DNA of 64,000 nt, from the NCBI GenBank assembly GCA_024236075.1, contig JACKLE010000006.1, positions 23,908-87,907 of the forward strand, given 5' to 3'. The notes under the pieces were generated by a model that was given only the letters and a program-made list of their open reading frames with translations, ran no database searches and had not been told where the DNA came from. This document shows, piece by piece, positions 63,661-64,000 of this stretch (the first letter of the stretch is position 1; each line of letters starts with the position of its first letter). A program made the position numbers and the translations under genes. Source of the stretch: Alphaproteobacteria bacterium (GTDB lineage Bacteria; Pseudomonadota; Alphaproteobacteria; JACAEB01).

Positions 63661-64000
63661 CTATTCCTCGTCGGTCGGGCAGAGATCGACGCCCGAGGAG
63701 AGATTGCTGGGGATCCACTGGACGTGGTGGACGGCCTTGTCGTCGAGGCCGGTCACGTCGTAGCCGGGATGCTCGCCGGAGGGGTTCGTCTCCCAGGGAT
63801 TGACGATGCGCGCATGGGACTCCGCGTCGCATTCCTCGCAGTCCACGGCCCAAGACGAGTGGATCACGCAGGTGCCGCCGCCTTCCGACCACGAAGGAAT
63901 GCCGTGCAGCACGGTGTTCGTGCTGTCGCATTGGTCGTCGGACGGATCGGCGGACGAGAGATTGGCGTAGTAGGTATCGGGCGTCCAGCTCGCCCAATGG
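63661..64000 (-). CDS. Cys-rich secreted/unknown protein, C-terminal fragment (N-terminus lies beyond window end)
   Basis: Track ORF 63661..63912(-). Manual extension shows the same frame stays open to nt 64000 (...HWASWTPDTYYANLSSADPSDDQCDSTNTVLHGIPSW...). Confidence 0.4.
   Translation of the reverse strand, partial: HWASWTPDTYYANLSSADPSDDQCDSTNTVLHGIPSWSEGGGTCVIHSSWAVDCEECDAESHARIVNPWETNPSGEHPGYDVTGLDDKAVHHVQWIPSNLSSGVDLCPTDEE

Overview
High-GC (about 68-70%) chromosomal segment, most consistent with an alphaproteobacterium (Hyphomicrobiales/Rhizobiales-like codon usage and gene content). Many long 'ORFs' in the six-frame track are antisense or alternative-frame artefacts of the high GC. 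I only called genes where the translated protein shows recognisable family motifs or a signal peptide/TM logic. I resolve about 55 protein genes, 2 tRNAs (Ala-CGC, Thr-CGT) and several repeat/regulatory elements. Housekeeping content: xthA, yggT-yggU(DUF167)-folD operon, phaC, znuA/znuCB divergon with a Zur-box-like palindrome, putA divergent from a DDAH-like amidinotransferase + rocD, moeB, glyoxylate/hydroxypyruvate reductases, Lrp + indolepyruvate:ferredoxin oxidoreductase + acyl-CoA dehydrogenase + SDR. Accessory or unusual content: (i) a 3-gene glycosyltransferase operon, truncated by the window start, divergent from a 914-aa ABC exporter. Its NBD is interrupted by a ~300-aa insertion carrying two extra Q-loop-like copies. 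It is translationally coupled (ATGA) to a standalone cNMP-binding protein, then a PaaI thioesterase and a bPH_2 membrane protein. (ii) A single 1007-aa ORF fusing a circularly permuted ATP-grasp amidoligase to an M32 (Taq-type) carboxypeptidase, directly downstream of a TonB-dependent receptor. (iii) A TonB-dependent receptor - YfiR/DUF4154 - hybrid histidine kinase module. (iv) A MotA/ExbB-like + atypical ExbD-like (coiled coil + beta-rich C-terminal domain) pair co-oriented with a crotonase and a zinc-ribbon/TM/Pro-rich protein, next to a split ComD/ComE-type TPP decarboxylase. (v) A ~260-bp MITE-like intergenic element with terminal inverted repeats. (vi) A 29-bp tandem repeat and a (CGTTTT)3 SSR. 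(vii) A DUF899-ArsR pair. No CRISPR array, no integrase/prophage at the tRNAs, and no rRNA were seen. Coordinates of CDS are anchored on the supplied ORF track. Coordinates of tRNAs, repeats and small sites come from manual indexing and may be off by 1-2 nt.
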